Positions 10,761-20,573 of a stretch of 64,000 bases of DNA are shown piece after piece (positions within the stretch are counted from its first letter, which is position 1; each line of letters begins with the position of its first letter). The DNA comes from a virus (Duplodnaviria; Caudoviricetes), in the IMG/VR virus record IMGVR_UViG_3300035208_006553, positions 1-64,000 of that record; one strand, given 5' to 3'. Both the position numbers and the translations under genes were made by a program. The notes beneath the pieces are model-generated. The model had not been told where the DNA came from, searched no databases, and saw only the letters and a program-made list of their open reading frames with translations.

Positions 10761-11498
10761 ATGATAAGAAATATAGGTACAGTAGTGCCGGTATTTAATA
10801 ATTTATTTTACACTAAACAGTTATTACAGTCAATAAAAAGAGTAGCTGTTACATCTAAATTAGTTAGTAAATTTAAAATAGTTGTTGTTGATAATGGGTC
10901 TACTGACGGAACAAGAGATTTCTTACAAGAAGAAAAGTATTCAATTACAAATAGTTCTGAAAATGCTACAAATATTGAATTTGAATATATTTTAAATGAA
11001 ACTAATCAAGGGTATGGTGGAGGTTGTAATAGAGGAATAGAACTATTACAAAAAGATGAAATAGAGTATGATTATTTAATTGCAAATAACGACATGATTT
11101 TTTTAGATAATGTGTTTGATGAGTTAATAAAAGCGGCTTACTCAAAAGATAATATAGGTATTGTAGGAGGAAAATTATTATTTCCAGATAATACTATTCA
11201 ACATGCCGGGGCTTTTCTTAATGTTTTTGGATGGGGTCAGCATATTGGAGGAGGAGTGCCTGAAGACCAGTTACCATCTAGTAATGCAATAGAAGAAATG
11301 GAGTATTGTACAGGAGCTCTTCTTTATATTAAACAACAAGCTGCTAAATTATTAATAGAAAAAGAAGGGCATATATTTGATGAGAGGTTTTTTATGTACT
11401 TTGAGGAGGTTGATTTAGCTTACGTATTAAGAGAATATGGATATAAAACAGTTTACGCTCCCCTTTCTAGAGCTATACATTTCGAAGGTCTAAGTTGA
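10761..11498 (+). CDS. Glycosyltransferase GT2 (C-terminal helix apparently displaced by an endonuclease insertion)
   Basis: VVPVFN, VVDNGSTDGT, NQGYGGGCN.G, NND, FDERFFMYFEEVD; ends abruptly at HFEGLS. Confidence 0.88.
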   Translation: MIRNIGTVVPVFNNLFYTKQLLQSIKRVAVTSKLVSKFKIVVVDNGSTDGTRDFLQEEKYSITNSSENATNIEFEYILNETNQGYGGGCNRGIELLQKDEIEYDYLIANNDMIFLDNVFDELIKAAYSKDNIGIVGGKLLFPDNTIQHAGAFLNVFGWGQHIGGGVPEDQLPSSNAIEEMEYCTGALLYIKQQAAKLLIEKEGHIFDERFFMYFEEVDLAYVLREYGYKTVYAPLSRAIHFEGLS

Positions 11499-11959
11499 GT
11501 TTCGAAGGACATAAACTTAGTACTATAATGAAAGGGAAAACTTTAGGTTATAAAAGATCAGAAGAAACTAAAATTAAAATAGGAAAAGCAAGTAAAGGCA
11601 GATTATTGGGGAGAAAGCAGTCTCCAGAACATATCAAAAGACGTATAGGGAGAAATAGAAATTCTTCAAAATCAGAAAGATTATGGGGTAAAAAAGTAGA
11701 AGAAACTTTTGGAGTTGTATTATTATCTTTTGTATGGTTAGAAGGTAAATGCTATGGTTATGGTAAGTATTTGTTTGAAATAGATTGTAAATATTGGCAT
11801 TCTTCTGAAAATGCTATAAAAAGAGATATTGAGAAGAATGAAATTGCTAAAAGACAGGGGTATATATTACTACGTTTTGATGTTAATACTATTTCGGAAG
11901 TTGAAAAAGCTATTAAACGTGATTTTAATAAATTAAAAGAGATATTTAGTAATGGCTAA
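11495..11959 (+). mobile_element. Free-standing homing endonuclease-like gene (NUMOD3 + Vsr/DUF559-like nuclease)
   Basis: RSEETKIKIGKASKG and KQSPEHIKRR NUMOD3-like repeats; FEIDCKYWH..RD..KN..A..GY.LLRF. True start may be ATG 11528. Confidence 0.75.
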
Positions 11960-13148
11960 AGAAGAACAGAAAGGATTATCAGACCTAAGTCAAATAAAAT
12001 TTTACTTAAAACGTGATGAAGAAAAACGACATTTAAAAGAAAGTGACAACCCTAACAAACTTCTTCTTACATCTCAAATTTACGGAGATTGGTCATTCTG
12101 CGGTGTCATGCGAAATCTTGCAAAAGGTTTAAATAGAAATGGGGTTGATGTTTCAATAGCTCCAGTTGAGTATCATTACGATAAGTTAGACATGACCGAT
12201 TGGGAAGTGAAAGAGATGATTAACAAACCAAATGATTATTGGAATAGAACAGTATTAAGATCGTGTGAAGGAGATCATATGTATTTAATGCCTCCAGGGA
12301 AACAACGTATAGCTCACACTACTGGAGAAAGTAATAGAATTAATCAAGATTGGGTATTTCAATTAAATAATGTTGATAAAGTATTAACTACTTCTAATTT
12401 TTTTAAAAAAGTAATGATTGATGGAGGAGTTAAAAAACCTGTCTTTGTATTACCTAATTCTGTGAATTTAGATTTATTTACGCCGAAAGGTCCGAAATTA
12501 CATATTGATGGATTAAGAGGTTTTAATTTTTTATCTATGTTTCATTTCGGTTCACGCAAAGCGCCTGATATATTAATTAAAGCTTTTCATAAAGCTTTTC
12601 AGAATCATGAAGATACCACTTTAACTATTCATTCACTTTCAATGACACAAAATATAGGAAGAATAGGTAAGACTATACCGCAATATATAGCAGATTTAGT
12701 AGGTGAAAGAAAAGATAATAATATTTTAATTACATCATCTTATATTAATGATGCTTTAGTACCTATGTTAATGAGAAATTACGACGTATTTGTATTACCA
12801 ACAAGAGCAGAGGGGTTTGGCCTCCCTCTTATAGAAACTGCTGCTCTCGAAATACCTTCTATAGTTACAGGATATAGTGGATGTTTAGATATAGTAGATA
12901 ATACTAATGGATGGTTAATTGATTATGATTTAGAAGATATACCTCTTCAATATTTACCTTATTTTCAAAATTATATTGGAGGTAAATGGGCTAAACCTAA
13001 AGAAGAGCATTTAATTGAATTATTTAGATATACTTACGAACATAGAGACGAAATAAAAGAAAAAGGAAAAGTAGCTAAAGAAAGAGCTCAAGCCTATGGA
13101 ATTAACAACATTGGAAAATTAGCTAGGTCAATAATTTTTGAAGATTAA
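11952..13148 (+). CDS. Glycosyltransferase GT4-like with an N-terminal GT2-tail-like segment
   Basis: RKAPDILIKAF, RAEGFGLPLIETAAL; N-terminal LSDLSQIKFYLKR resembles the terminal helix of GT2 domains. Confidence 0.88.
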   Translation: MAKEEQKGLSDLSQIKFYLKRDEEKRHLKESDNPNKLLLTSQIYGDWSFCGVMRNLAKGLNRNGVDVSIAPVEYHYDKLDMTDWEVKEMINKPNDYWNRTVLRSCEGDHMYLMPPGKQRIAHTTGESNRINQDWVFQLNNVDKVLTTSNFFKKVMIDGGVKKPVFVLPNSVNLDLFTPKGPKLHIDGLRGFNFLSMFHFGSRKAPDILIKAFHKAFQNHEDTTLTIHSLSMTQNIGRIGKTIPQYIADLVGERKDNNILITSSYINDALVPMLMRNYDVFVLPTRAEGFGLPLIETAALEIPSIVTGYSGCLDIVDNTNGWLIDYDLEDIPLQYLPYFQNYIGGKWAKPKEEHLIELFRYTYEHRDEIKEKGKVAKERAQAYGINNIGKLARSIIFED

Positions 13149-13153
13149 ATAAA

Positions 13154-13381
13154 TTGTGCGATTGTGAAATTATCTATAAAGAGTTTAGAACAGGTCTAAG
13201 CTTTAAAGATATAAGAAAAGATTTAAAGGTTGAACAAGAAAGAAAATATAGAGATTATAATGAGTATATGTTTGTAACAAGACATACTGTATTAGGAAGG
13301 TGGAGAGAGATTAAATTAAAAATGTTTTCTCAGTTTCAAAAGGATTTAGAAAAATATGGGTGTACTTGTAAAAACAGATAA
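13154..13381 (+). CDS. Hypothetical protein
   Basis: ORF coupled to neighbours. Confidence 0.55.
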   Translation: MCDCEIIYKEFRTGLSFKDIRKDLKVEQERKYRDYNEYMFVTRHTVLGRWREIKLKMFSQFQKDLEKYGCTCKNR

Positions 13382-13808
13382 CAGTAATCATGCTGAATTT
13401 TATGAATGTGATTGTCATAGTAGAGATCATTTGATTATTGTGCATAAAGATACATTTAATTATTCTACTAAGGATGGGGAATCTTTTTTTGATATAAATC
13501 TTTTTTTAGAGTTTGTAATAACTAAAAGTAGTTATGAAGCAAATAAATTTAAAGGTTTTAAAATTACAAATTTCTTTAGAAGAGGTTGGTGGATACTTAA
13601 AGAAGCAATTATAATTTTAGTAAAAGGAAGCTATAGAGTTGAAGATTGTTGGATGCCTTTAAGAATGGATGATGAAATACATCAGCTTGTTGGAGTTTCG
13701 GAAACGAGAAGGTTAGGGGAAATGTTAATTAAATTTGCTGATGATGCTCAAAAATTTTATAATAAAAACAGTATTTGCGCAACAAAAATTGATCAAATCA
13801 AGAGTTAA
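13356..13808 (+). CDS. Hypothetical protein (CxC/His N-terminal motif)
   Basis: ECDCHSRDH; operon spacing. Confidence 0.55.
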   Translation: MGVLVKTDNSNHAEFYECDCHSRDHLIIVHKDTFNYSTKDGESFFDINLFLEFVITKSSYEANKFKGFKITNFFRRGWWILKEAIIILVKGSYRVEDCWMPLRMDDEIHQLVGVSETRRLGEMLIKFADDAQKFYNKNSICATKIDQIKS

Positions 13809-13816
13809 AAGATAAC

Positions 13817-14137
13817 ATGGCTTTACAGACTTGTAAATGTATAAATTCTTCTTGTTCTGAATACAACATACAAAAAGAAATGGTTTTAAAGAGTGGTGAA
13901 ATTCCATATTGCAAAGTTTGTCAAAGTCCTTTAAGTATATTATTTCCTTGTTTTTTACATGTTAAAACTAACAACAAAGAAGTTGATGGAAGAGATAGAG
14001 GAAAAGTAACTCAAGAAAAAAATGAAGCTTTAAAGAAAAAGCATAGTGGTTATTCTTATGAAGAACAAAATTTACGAACTAAAATGACTAAAATGGCTGA
14101 TAAAATTATAAAGGATAAGGAAGCAAAAGGTCTATGA
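13817..14137 (+). CDS. Zinc-ribbon protein
   Basis: CINSSC...CKVC cysteine pairs. Confidence 0.55.
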   Translation: MALQTCKCINSSCSEYNIQKEMVLKSGEIPYCKVCQSPLSILFPCFLHVKTNNKEVDGRDRGKVTQEKNEALKKKHSGYSYEEQNLRTKMTKMADKIIKDKEAKGL

Positions 14138-14358
14138 AAAACTTAAAAAGTGATAATAAACAAATGCTAGAATACTTAAAAATGGATTATCAAGATTTTA
14201 AAATAATTAAAAAAGTTACAAAGAATATTTTAAAGAAATTACATTTGTCAGAAAGTACAGATAACACAGCAATAAAACTAAATTTATATTCTTTTTTAAT
14301 TTTAACCGATGCAGCTTTACAAACTTTGAAACCTTATAATAGAAGAAAAAATAAATGA
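14134..14358 (+). CDS. Hypothetical protein
   Basis: ATGA overlaps on both sides. Confidence 0.55.
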   Translation: MKNLKSDNKQMLEYLKMDYQDFKIIKKVTKNILKKLHLSESTDNTAIKLNLYSFLILTDAALQTLKPYNRRKNK

Positions 14359-15188
14359 AGAAACCTACTCTTGGTATTTATCAATTTATTAGAAATGGAA
14401 TAAAGTATGATTATCCTTTTCAAGAATCTCTTCGTTCAGCTCTTGAAATTGCAGATGAAGTAGTTGTGTGTGAATGTGAGAGTGATGATAAAACTTTAGA
14501 AGTTTTATTAGATTTACAAAAAGAAAGTAATAACAAACTTAAAATAGTTAGTCAACCATGGGTGTTGCATTATACTGATTTATGTATATTAGGCAATTAT
14601 GCAGCTACTTTTCTATCTACTGATTGGAAGTGGCAGCTTCAAGGGGATGAAATATTGCACGAGAGTGATTATAGTTTAATTAAAAGTAAAATAGAAGAAG
14701 CTGCTGCTAATTCACGTATAAATGCTTTAACTACTAAGTATTATCATTTTCTTGCGAATTATAATACTCTTTTTCCATTTATGTATAACGAAATTATTCG
14801 TATATATCGAAGCGGAAGTAATTGGAGACTAGTAGATGATGCTTGCAGATTAGATGGAGGCAGTGCTGACGAAGTTTTATTTACCGATATTAAAGTATAT
14901 CATTATGGAAAAGTAAAAGAAGGTCATATAGGTTTTCAAAAAGAAATAGATTTTCAAAATTTATATACTGAGATTGGTTTTCCTGATCCGAAAATGGCTA
15001 TTATGAAAGATAAGTTAGGGGAGGAGTTTTGCGATTACCTTTTTTTATTTGAGAAAGCTATTAAAGAGGGTAAAATAAGTAAATTTGAAAGAACCCACCC
15101 GAAAGTTATGAAAGATAGAATTAAAAAGTTTGAGGATGAAGGGTGGGAGCAATTTCTATCCAAAATAATAGAAGGTTTAAAGATATGA
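14355..15188 (+). CDS. Glycosyltransferase GT-A fold (GT2-like)
   Basis: IRNGIKYDYPF.ES..S..DEVVV..S.D.T, LQGDE, VYHYG. Confidence 0.8.
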   Translation: MKKPTLGIYQFIRNGIKYDYPFQESLRSALEIADEVVVCECESDDKTLEVLLDLQKESNNKLKIVSQPWVLHYTDLCILGNYAATFLSTDWKWQLQGDEILHESDYSLIKSKIEEAAANSRINALTTKYYHFLANYNTLFPFMYNEIIRIYRSGSNWRLVDDACRLDGGSADEVLFTDIKVYHYGKVKEGHIGFQKEIDFQNLYTEIGFPDPKMAIMKDKLGEEFCDYLFLFEKAIKEGKISKFERTHPKVMKDRIKKFEDEGWEQFLSKIIEGLKI

Positions 15189-15231
15189 AATATAATGCTC
15201 AAGATATTAAAATACTAAATTTTGTAATTTT

Positions 15232-15531
15232 ATGATAAAAGAAGACGATTTTACTATTCCAAAACATACTCTTTTTATCTTTCATCAAATGTGTAGAGAA
15301 ATAAGAGTGTCCTGTAAGAAAATTGATTTTAACAAAACAGAATGGTACCTGAAACACTCTTGGACTAATTATAAACAAAATAAGTTTATTAATTGGCTAA
15401 CTAATTATTTATTTAACAATAAAGAAGCGAGACAGGAGATTGTAGCTTCTCCTTCTCGTAAATCTAAAAAGTTTTTAAGAAAAGTTGCTACAGAATTTAT
15501 CTTAGTATACGGGTGGAAGATTAAAAAATGA
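15232..15531 (+). CDS. Hypothetical protein
   Basis: ORF track; coupled to the next gene. Confidence 0.55.
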   Translation: MIKEDDFTIPKHTLFIFHQMCREIRVSCKKIDFNKTEWYLKHSWTNYKQNKFINWLTNYLFNNKEARQEIVASPSRKSKKFLRKVATEFILVYGWKIKK

Positions 15532-15830
15532 GAATTACAGTTTCTGATGATTTACTTGACCACTTTTTTAAAGAACCGCAAGAAGGAGATTCTGAATTTT
15601 GGGCCTTTATTTGGCCTGTAAGAGCTAAAGTAGGAGATCCAATATATTTTTATAATAACAAAAAATTAATAGCAAGTGCTGTAGTAAATCGAGTAGAGAA
15701 ACCTGGAGAAAGTAGTTGTTTAAGTACTGGGCAATTTAAGAATAAATGGAAAGTTCATTGGTTAAATTCTTCATTCAAAGATGAGAGAAAGAGGTTGAGT
15801 TTTTCTGATTTACAGAAGAGATATAAATGA
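15528..15830 (+). CDS. PUA-like (ASCH/EVE-like) domain protein
   Basis: W..KVGDPIYFY...LIASAVV pattern. Confidence 0.4.
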   Translation: MRITVSDDLLDHFFKEPQEGDSEFWAFIWPVRAKVGDPIYFYNNKKLIASAVVNRVEKPGESSCLSTGQFKNKWKVHWLNSSFKDERKRLSFSDLQKRYK

Positions 15831-16048
15831 AGATTACAAAAAAGAAAACGATTAAATTGTTATATGAGAAATATAAAGATACAAATCAATCTTTTGAAGA
15901 TTTTACGCGAGCGAACTGTAACTACTTTTTTGAAGATGTTTATGAATACCTAAAAACAGGATTAATTTGTCTTTCTAATAGTTTTCAATATCAAGCAATC
16001 GTTCAGAAAGCAGGATGTTACATTAAGAGATCAAATGAAATGGACTAA
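15827..16048 (+). CDS. Hypothetical protein
   Basis: ORF with coupled overlaps. Confidence 0.5.
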   Translation: MKITKKKTIKLLYEKYKDTNQSFEDFTRANCNYFFEDVYEYLKTGLICLSNSFQYQAIVQKAGCYIKRSNEMD

Positions 16049-16487
16049 AGGAGATATCTGGATTTATCACAAGCTTGGAAAAACTATTGTTATTCCAACT
16101 AACGCTGGATGGAAAAGCGACGGAAGTAATGTAATGGGAAGAGGATTAGCTAAACAAGCTTCTGAGAAATTTAATTGGCTTTCTCAAGATTACGGGCAAT
16201 ATTGTAAAAATGAAAATCCTTATTGTTATTATTCAAATGTTAATTTAATTTTAGTTCCTTCAAAAGCACTTAATAAAGAGAAACCGTTTTTAAGTTGGCA
16301 ACATGAAGCGGATAAAGATACAATTACTTCCTCTTTAAATTGGTTACAAGATAATTCAATTAGTTTTCCTGATAAGATTTATGTACCTATTCTAGGTTCA
16401 GGAAATGGAAAGATGCAAAAAGGTTTAGTAAAAGAATTAATGGATAGGATTTTAATCAGTGGAAAATTTATAGGAGTAGAAAATTGA
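16035..16487 (+). CDS. Macro-domain (ADP-ribose binding/processing) protein
   Basis: GDIW, IPTN, VMGRGLAKQ, PILGSGNG. Confidence 0.8.
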   Translation: MKWTKGDIWIYHKLGKTIVIPTNAGWKSDGSNVMGRGLAKQASEKFNWLSQDYGQYCKNENPYCYYSNVNLILVPSKALNKEKPFLSWQHEADKDTITSSLNWLQDNSISFPDKIYVPILGSGNGKMQKGLVKELMDRILISGKFIGVEN

Positions 16488-16633
16488 AATTTGTATGGTT
16501 TCAATCTTTAAAAGGTTCTAAATCTTTAAAAGAAACATATATTAATGCTTTTCACGATCCTTTTTATCTTTTGTTATGTATAGGACCTATTTTACTGTTC
16601 TTTTCATTTAAGTATTTAGGAGTGATAAAATGA
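16484..16633 (+). CDS. Small membrane protein (49 aa)
   Basis: TTG start, hydrophobic FYLLLCIGPILLFFSF, 4-nt overlaps on both sides. Confidence 0.45.
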   Translation: MKFVWFQSLKGSKSLKETYINAFHDPFYLLLCIGPILLFFSFKYLGVIK

Positions 16634-17001
16634 ATTTTAAAGTTTGGAAGATAAGTACAGAATCGTTTTTAGATGAAGTTATTTCTGAATACAATTGTAT
16701 ATGTAATTCTCATTTGGAAAAAGATTTATTATTTTTTGAAGAAATAAGTATAGAAGGAAAGAAATTTTATAATGATTCAGATATACTTAAATTTAAGTAT
16801 TTAGAAGAGTTAAATAAAGAAATAGATTTAATAGGGAGTTTTCATTTTAATAGGGATGATTTAAGTTATGAAATAGATATTTACAATAATGAAAGATATA
16901 TTTGTCTTAATTATGTAGGAAACGGAATATTTCGTGATTTTGAAAAAATAGGAACAATACAAGAAAATCCAGAATTGACAAGAGGAGAAACTTTTGAATA
17001 G
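16630..17001 (+). CDS. YopX-like protein
   Basis: FKVW N-terminus, GKKFY..DI, EKIGTIQENPEL C-terminus. Confidence 0.7.
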   Translation: MNFKVWKISTESFLDEVISEYNCICNSHLEKDLLFFEEISIEGKKFYNDSDILKFKYLEELNKEIDLIGSFHFNRDDLSYEIDIYNNERYICLNYVGNGIFRDFEKIGTIQENPELTRGETFE

Positions 17002-17830
17002 TATTTCAGTTGTGTTACCGCTATATTCAAACAGCCAAAAATATGTAAGTAGAATGTCTATTATTCGAAGAACTTTAATATCTCTTAAAAATCAAATAGA
17101 TATAAGTTTTGAGGTTATAGCTGTTGATAATGGAAGTTTTGATGATACTTATACTTTATTTAGGCAATATTTTCCTAAATCTTTATATTTATCTTTTCCG
17201 GAATCGCGTCAAAGAGCAAAAGCTAGAAATTTAGGAGTAAGTTTAGCTCGTAATGATAATATTTTATTTTTAGACAATGATTGTTTTACTTATCCAACAT
17301 GCATTAAGAATTACAAAAAACTGATTAATTTATTTCCAGATACTGTAATTCAAGGTATGTTTTTGCAAAGTCAAGGACTTTACCTTTCAGGGGATGAATA
17401 TATAAAAGTAATAGATAACAAAGAAACTATTGATTATGCAAAATACGAAAGTGAAATTCCATTAGAACGATCGTACAGGCAAGAAGATTTAAATTCTCAT
17501 ACAGTAGAATATTACAATTCAGTAGAGTTAAGTTACAAAGATGCATATTGGGATCCTGCATTACATTTAGGCAATTTACTCTACCCTCGTCATTTAATAA
17601 ACAAATTAAAAGGAATAGATGAAGATTTTATTGGGTGGGGTCATGAAGATTCGATGTTAGGTTACGTTACACACTATTCTAAAATTCCTGTAAAGCTAGC
17701 TCTTAACACAATTGTTATTCACCAATTACACAGAACAGGAAATGATTTATCTCATACTGAAGACTGTGCTTCTGAATTAATTAATAGAGAATTATTGTTT
17801 AAAAAAGTTGCAGCATTACGGCAAACGTAG
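16994..17830 (+). CDS. Glycosyltransferase GT2
   Basis: ISVVLP, VDNGSFD, ARNLG, FLDND, GIDEDFIGWGHED, HQLH. Confidence 0.88.
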   Translation: MNSISVVLPLYSNSQKYVSRMSIIRRTLISLKNQIDISFEVIAVDNGSFDDTYTLFRQYFPKSLYLSFPESRQRAKARNLGVSLARNDNILFLDNDCFTYPTCIKNYKKLINLFPDTVIQGMFLQSQGLYLSGDEYIKVIDNKETIDYAKYESEIPLERSYRQEDLNSHTVEYYNSVELSYKDAYWDPALHLGNLLYPRHLINKLKGIDEDFIGWGHEDSMLGYVTHYSKIPVKLALNTIVIHQLHRTGNDLSHTEDCASELINRELLFKKVAALRQT

Positions 17831-17839
17831 GAAATATTA

Positions 17840-18532
17840 ATGATTAAAATTTCCGTATTACACCCCTCTCGACAAAGACCTATTTTAGCAAAAACTGCAT
17901 TTTTAGAATGGTTAAACACTTGTGAAAAACCCTTAGAAGTAGAATATTTACTTGGATTAGATAGTGATGATCCAGTTTTAGATGAATATAAAAATTTATT
18001 TACTCAAGAAGATATAGATAAGCAAGTAGGAAGATTTGTAATGTTTATAAGTAACACTACAAACATACCTGCAGTTGTTAATGAATTAGGTAAAATAGTT
18101 TCTTCGACATCTGAATTATTAGTAGTAATAGCTGATGATATGGGTAGTGTAAAGAAATGGGATATAATTTTATTAGATTCTTTAAAAGATGTAGATAATT
18201 TTAAAGAGCCTAAATACATAGGTGTATGTGACGGTATTCACCCTTACGGAGAGGTTTTATTATATACTATAATAAACAAGGCATTTTATAATAAATTTAA
18301 TTATGTCTTATACCCCGAATACACAGGTTGTTTTGTAGATCTAGATATGTTCGAAGTAGTAAAGAGAATGAATTGCCTTATTGATTTACCTTTTGTAGTT
18401 TTTCAACATCATCATTACAGCATAGGTCAAGCTTCTTTTGATACAGTGTATGCTAGACACAATAATCCAGTCACAAATGTTTACAATGAACAAGTATATT
18501 TAAGACGAAAATTACAAAATTTTGGATTTTAA
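17840..18532 (+). CDS. Glycosyltransferase GT-A fold
   Basis: ISVLHPSR.RP, DSDD, IADD (DxD-like), FQHHH. Confidence 0.7.
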   Translation: MIKISVLHPSRQRPILAKTAFLEWLNTCEKPLEVEYLLGLDSDDPVLDEYKNLFTQEDIDKQVGRFVMFISNTTNIPAVVNELGKIVSSTSELLVVIADDMGSVKKWDIILLDSLKDVDNFKEPKYIGVCDGIHPYGEVLLYTIINKAFYNKFNYVLYPEYTGCFVDLDMFEVVKRMNCLIDLPFVVFQHHHYSIGQASFDTVYARHNNPVTNVYNEQVYLRRKLQNFGF

Positions 18533-19562
18533 TATGAATATATTAATAACAGGTATTAGCGGTTTTGTTGGTTCTAATTTTACAGATTACATATTAAAAA
18601 ATGTTCCAGAAGCTAACATATTTGCTATTAGAAGGTGGAAAAGCTCGGATGAAAATATAAAACACCTATACACTAATGAAAAAGTTAGATTTATTGAAGC
18701 CGATTTATTAGATAGAGGAAGTTTAGAAAATATTATTAGAATAGCAATTCCTAGTTATGTTTTTCATTTTGCAGCTCAGAGTTACCCTATGAGCAGTTTT
18801 AATACCCCTATTCATACACTTAATACGAATGTTATAGGTACTGTTAACTTATTAGATGAACTAAGAATTGCTAGAGATAGAAAAATATGTGATCCTATTA
18901 TTGTAAGCGTTTCATCGAGCGAGGTTTACGGAAATCCTTTACCTGAAGAAATTCCAATTAAAGAAAGTAATCCAATTAGAGCAGCAAATCCATATAGTAT
19001 ATCAAAAGTAGCACATGATCTAATGTCACAGTTTTATTATCAAGCTTATGGGCTAAAAGTAATTATAACAAGAATGTTTTCTCATGAAGGTTCTCGTAGA
19101 GGTAAATTATTTGCTCTTTCTAGTTTTGCTTACCAGATAGTACAAGCAGAAAAATTATATCGAGAAAGGTTAGTTAAGAATTGTAATGAGTGTTTTGATT
19201 TAAAATATAAAGTTAAAGTAGGTAACCTTAATTCAATCCGCACTTACAGTCATGTTGATGATGCAGTTAATGCTTATTGGTTGGCTGCTACAAAAGGAAA
19301 GATAGGAAATGTGTATAATATAGGAGGTACAGATACTTGCACAGTAGGGGATGCATTGAATAAGTTACTTTTATATAGCTTAGTTCCAATAAACGAATTT
19401 AATATTGTAGTAGATCCGAATAAAATTAGATTAACAGATATTACATTACAGGTACCTTGTGCAGATAAATTTAAGCAAGATACAGGGTGGGAGCCAAAAA
19501 AACATTTGGATGATATTTGTAATGACTTGCTTCAGTTTTGGCGAAAGAATATTAAGGAATGA
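18522..19562 (+). CDS. gmd: GDP-mannose 4,6-dehydratase-like extended SDR (GMD/RMD family)
   Basis: GISGFVG, HFAAQS, SSSEVYG, PYSISK (YxxxK), HEG.RRG, VGNL.S.R. Confidence 0.75.
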   Translation: MDFNMNILITGISGFVGSNFTDYILKNVPEANIFAIRRWKSSDENIKHLYTNEKVRFIEADLLDRGSLENIIRIAIPSYVFHFAAQSYPMSSFNTPIHTLNTNVIGTVNLLDELRIARDRKICDPIIVSVSSSEVYGNPLPEEIPIKESNPIRAANPYSISKVAHDLMSQFYYQAYGLKVIITRMFSHEGSRRGKLFALSSFAYQIVQAEKLYRERLVKNCNECFDLKYKVKVGNLNSIRTYSHVDDAVNAYWLAATKGKIGNVYNIGGTDTCTVGDALNKLLLYSLVPINEFNIVVDPNKIRLTDITLQVPCADKFKQDTGWEPKKHLDDICNDLLQFWRKNIKE

Positions 19563-19604
19563 AGATTGTATAAATAAAATTTTAGGTGTAATTAGGAGTA
19601 ACTT

Positions 19605-20573
19605 ATGAAAATTTTAGTATGCGGATGTACAGGTTTTATGGGTAGAAATATTGCAGAATACTTTGTAAAAAAGGGACATGAAGTATATGGAGTTGCAAAT
19701 TTATTATCAAGTAATAAGATTTTTCCTGAAAGTGTTCCAGTTACAAGAGCTGACTTAACTTCTAAAACAGGTGTTAATTATGTTTTTGAAGGTTCTAAAT
19801 ACGATATTGTAATACAAGCTGCTGCAGTCACATCAGGTTCAAAAGATATCACAGAAAGACCCTATATACATGTTACAGACAATGCAATAATGAATAGTTT
19901 AATTTTAAGAGCTTGTTATGATTATAATGTAAAACATTTTGTATTTTTGAGTTGCGGGGTTATGTATCAGCCAGGAGAAGAACCTAGAAAGGAAGAAGAT
20001 TTTAACGAACATGATTCTATTCACCCATCTTATTTTGGAGTAGGTTGGACGAAGGTCTATATAGAGAAGATGTGCGAATTTTATTCGTTATTAGGTAAAA
20101 CTAAGCATACCGTTATCAGACATTCAAATACCTATGGCCCTTATGACAAATATGATTTAGAACATAGTCATATGTTTGGAGCTACTGTTAGAAAAGTTAT
20201 GGATGCAAAAGACGGCGATACTATTAATATATGGGGTACTGGAGAGGAAACGGAAAGAGATTTAATTTATGTAACTGATGTTATTGATTTAATCAACTTA
20301 ATTATATACAAACAGAGCGAGAGGTTTGATCTAATAAATGCTGGGTATGAATGTGCTTGTAGTGTTAAATCAATTGTTGATATGGTTATTGAAAAATCAG
20401 GAAAAAAATTAAACAGGTTTTATGATATTTCAAAACCAGTAATATCTACTTCTTTAACTTTAGATTGTAGTAAAGCAAAGGAAAAGTATAAGTGGAGAGC
20501 AAGTACTCATATTCAAACAGGTATTGAAAAAACATTAGAATGGTACAAGGAATATTACAATGTTAATACTTAG
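19605..20573 (+). CDS. NDP-sugar epimerase/reductase (GDP-fucose synthase-like)
   Basis: GCTGFMG, YGPYD, IWGTG..RDLIYV.D; GWTK where YxxxK is expected. Confidence 0.8.
   Translation: MKILVCGCTGFMGRNIAEYFVKKGHEVYGVANLLSSNKIFPESVPVTRADLTSKTGVNYVFEGSKYDIVIQAAAVTSGSKDITERPYIHVTDNAIMNSLILRACYDYNVKHFVFLSCGVMYQPGEEPRKEEDFNEHDSIHPSYFGVGWTKVYIEKMCEFYSLLGKTKHTVIRHSNTYGPYDKYDLEHSHMFGATVRKVMDAKDGDTINIWGTGEETERDLIYVTDVIDLINLIIYKQSERFDLINAGYECACSVKSIVDMVIEKSGKKLNRFYDISKPVISTSLTLDCSKAKEKYKWRASTHIQTGIEKTLEWYKEYYNVNT

Noticed and set aside
11490-11951. Group I intron or intein in the GT2-GT4 gene
   Set aside because: The ~460-nt insert is fully occupied by an AT-rich ORF with no room for a P3-P9 core; stop codons and absent splice residues exclude an intein.
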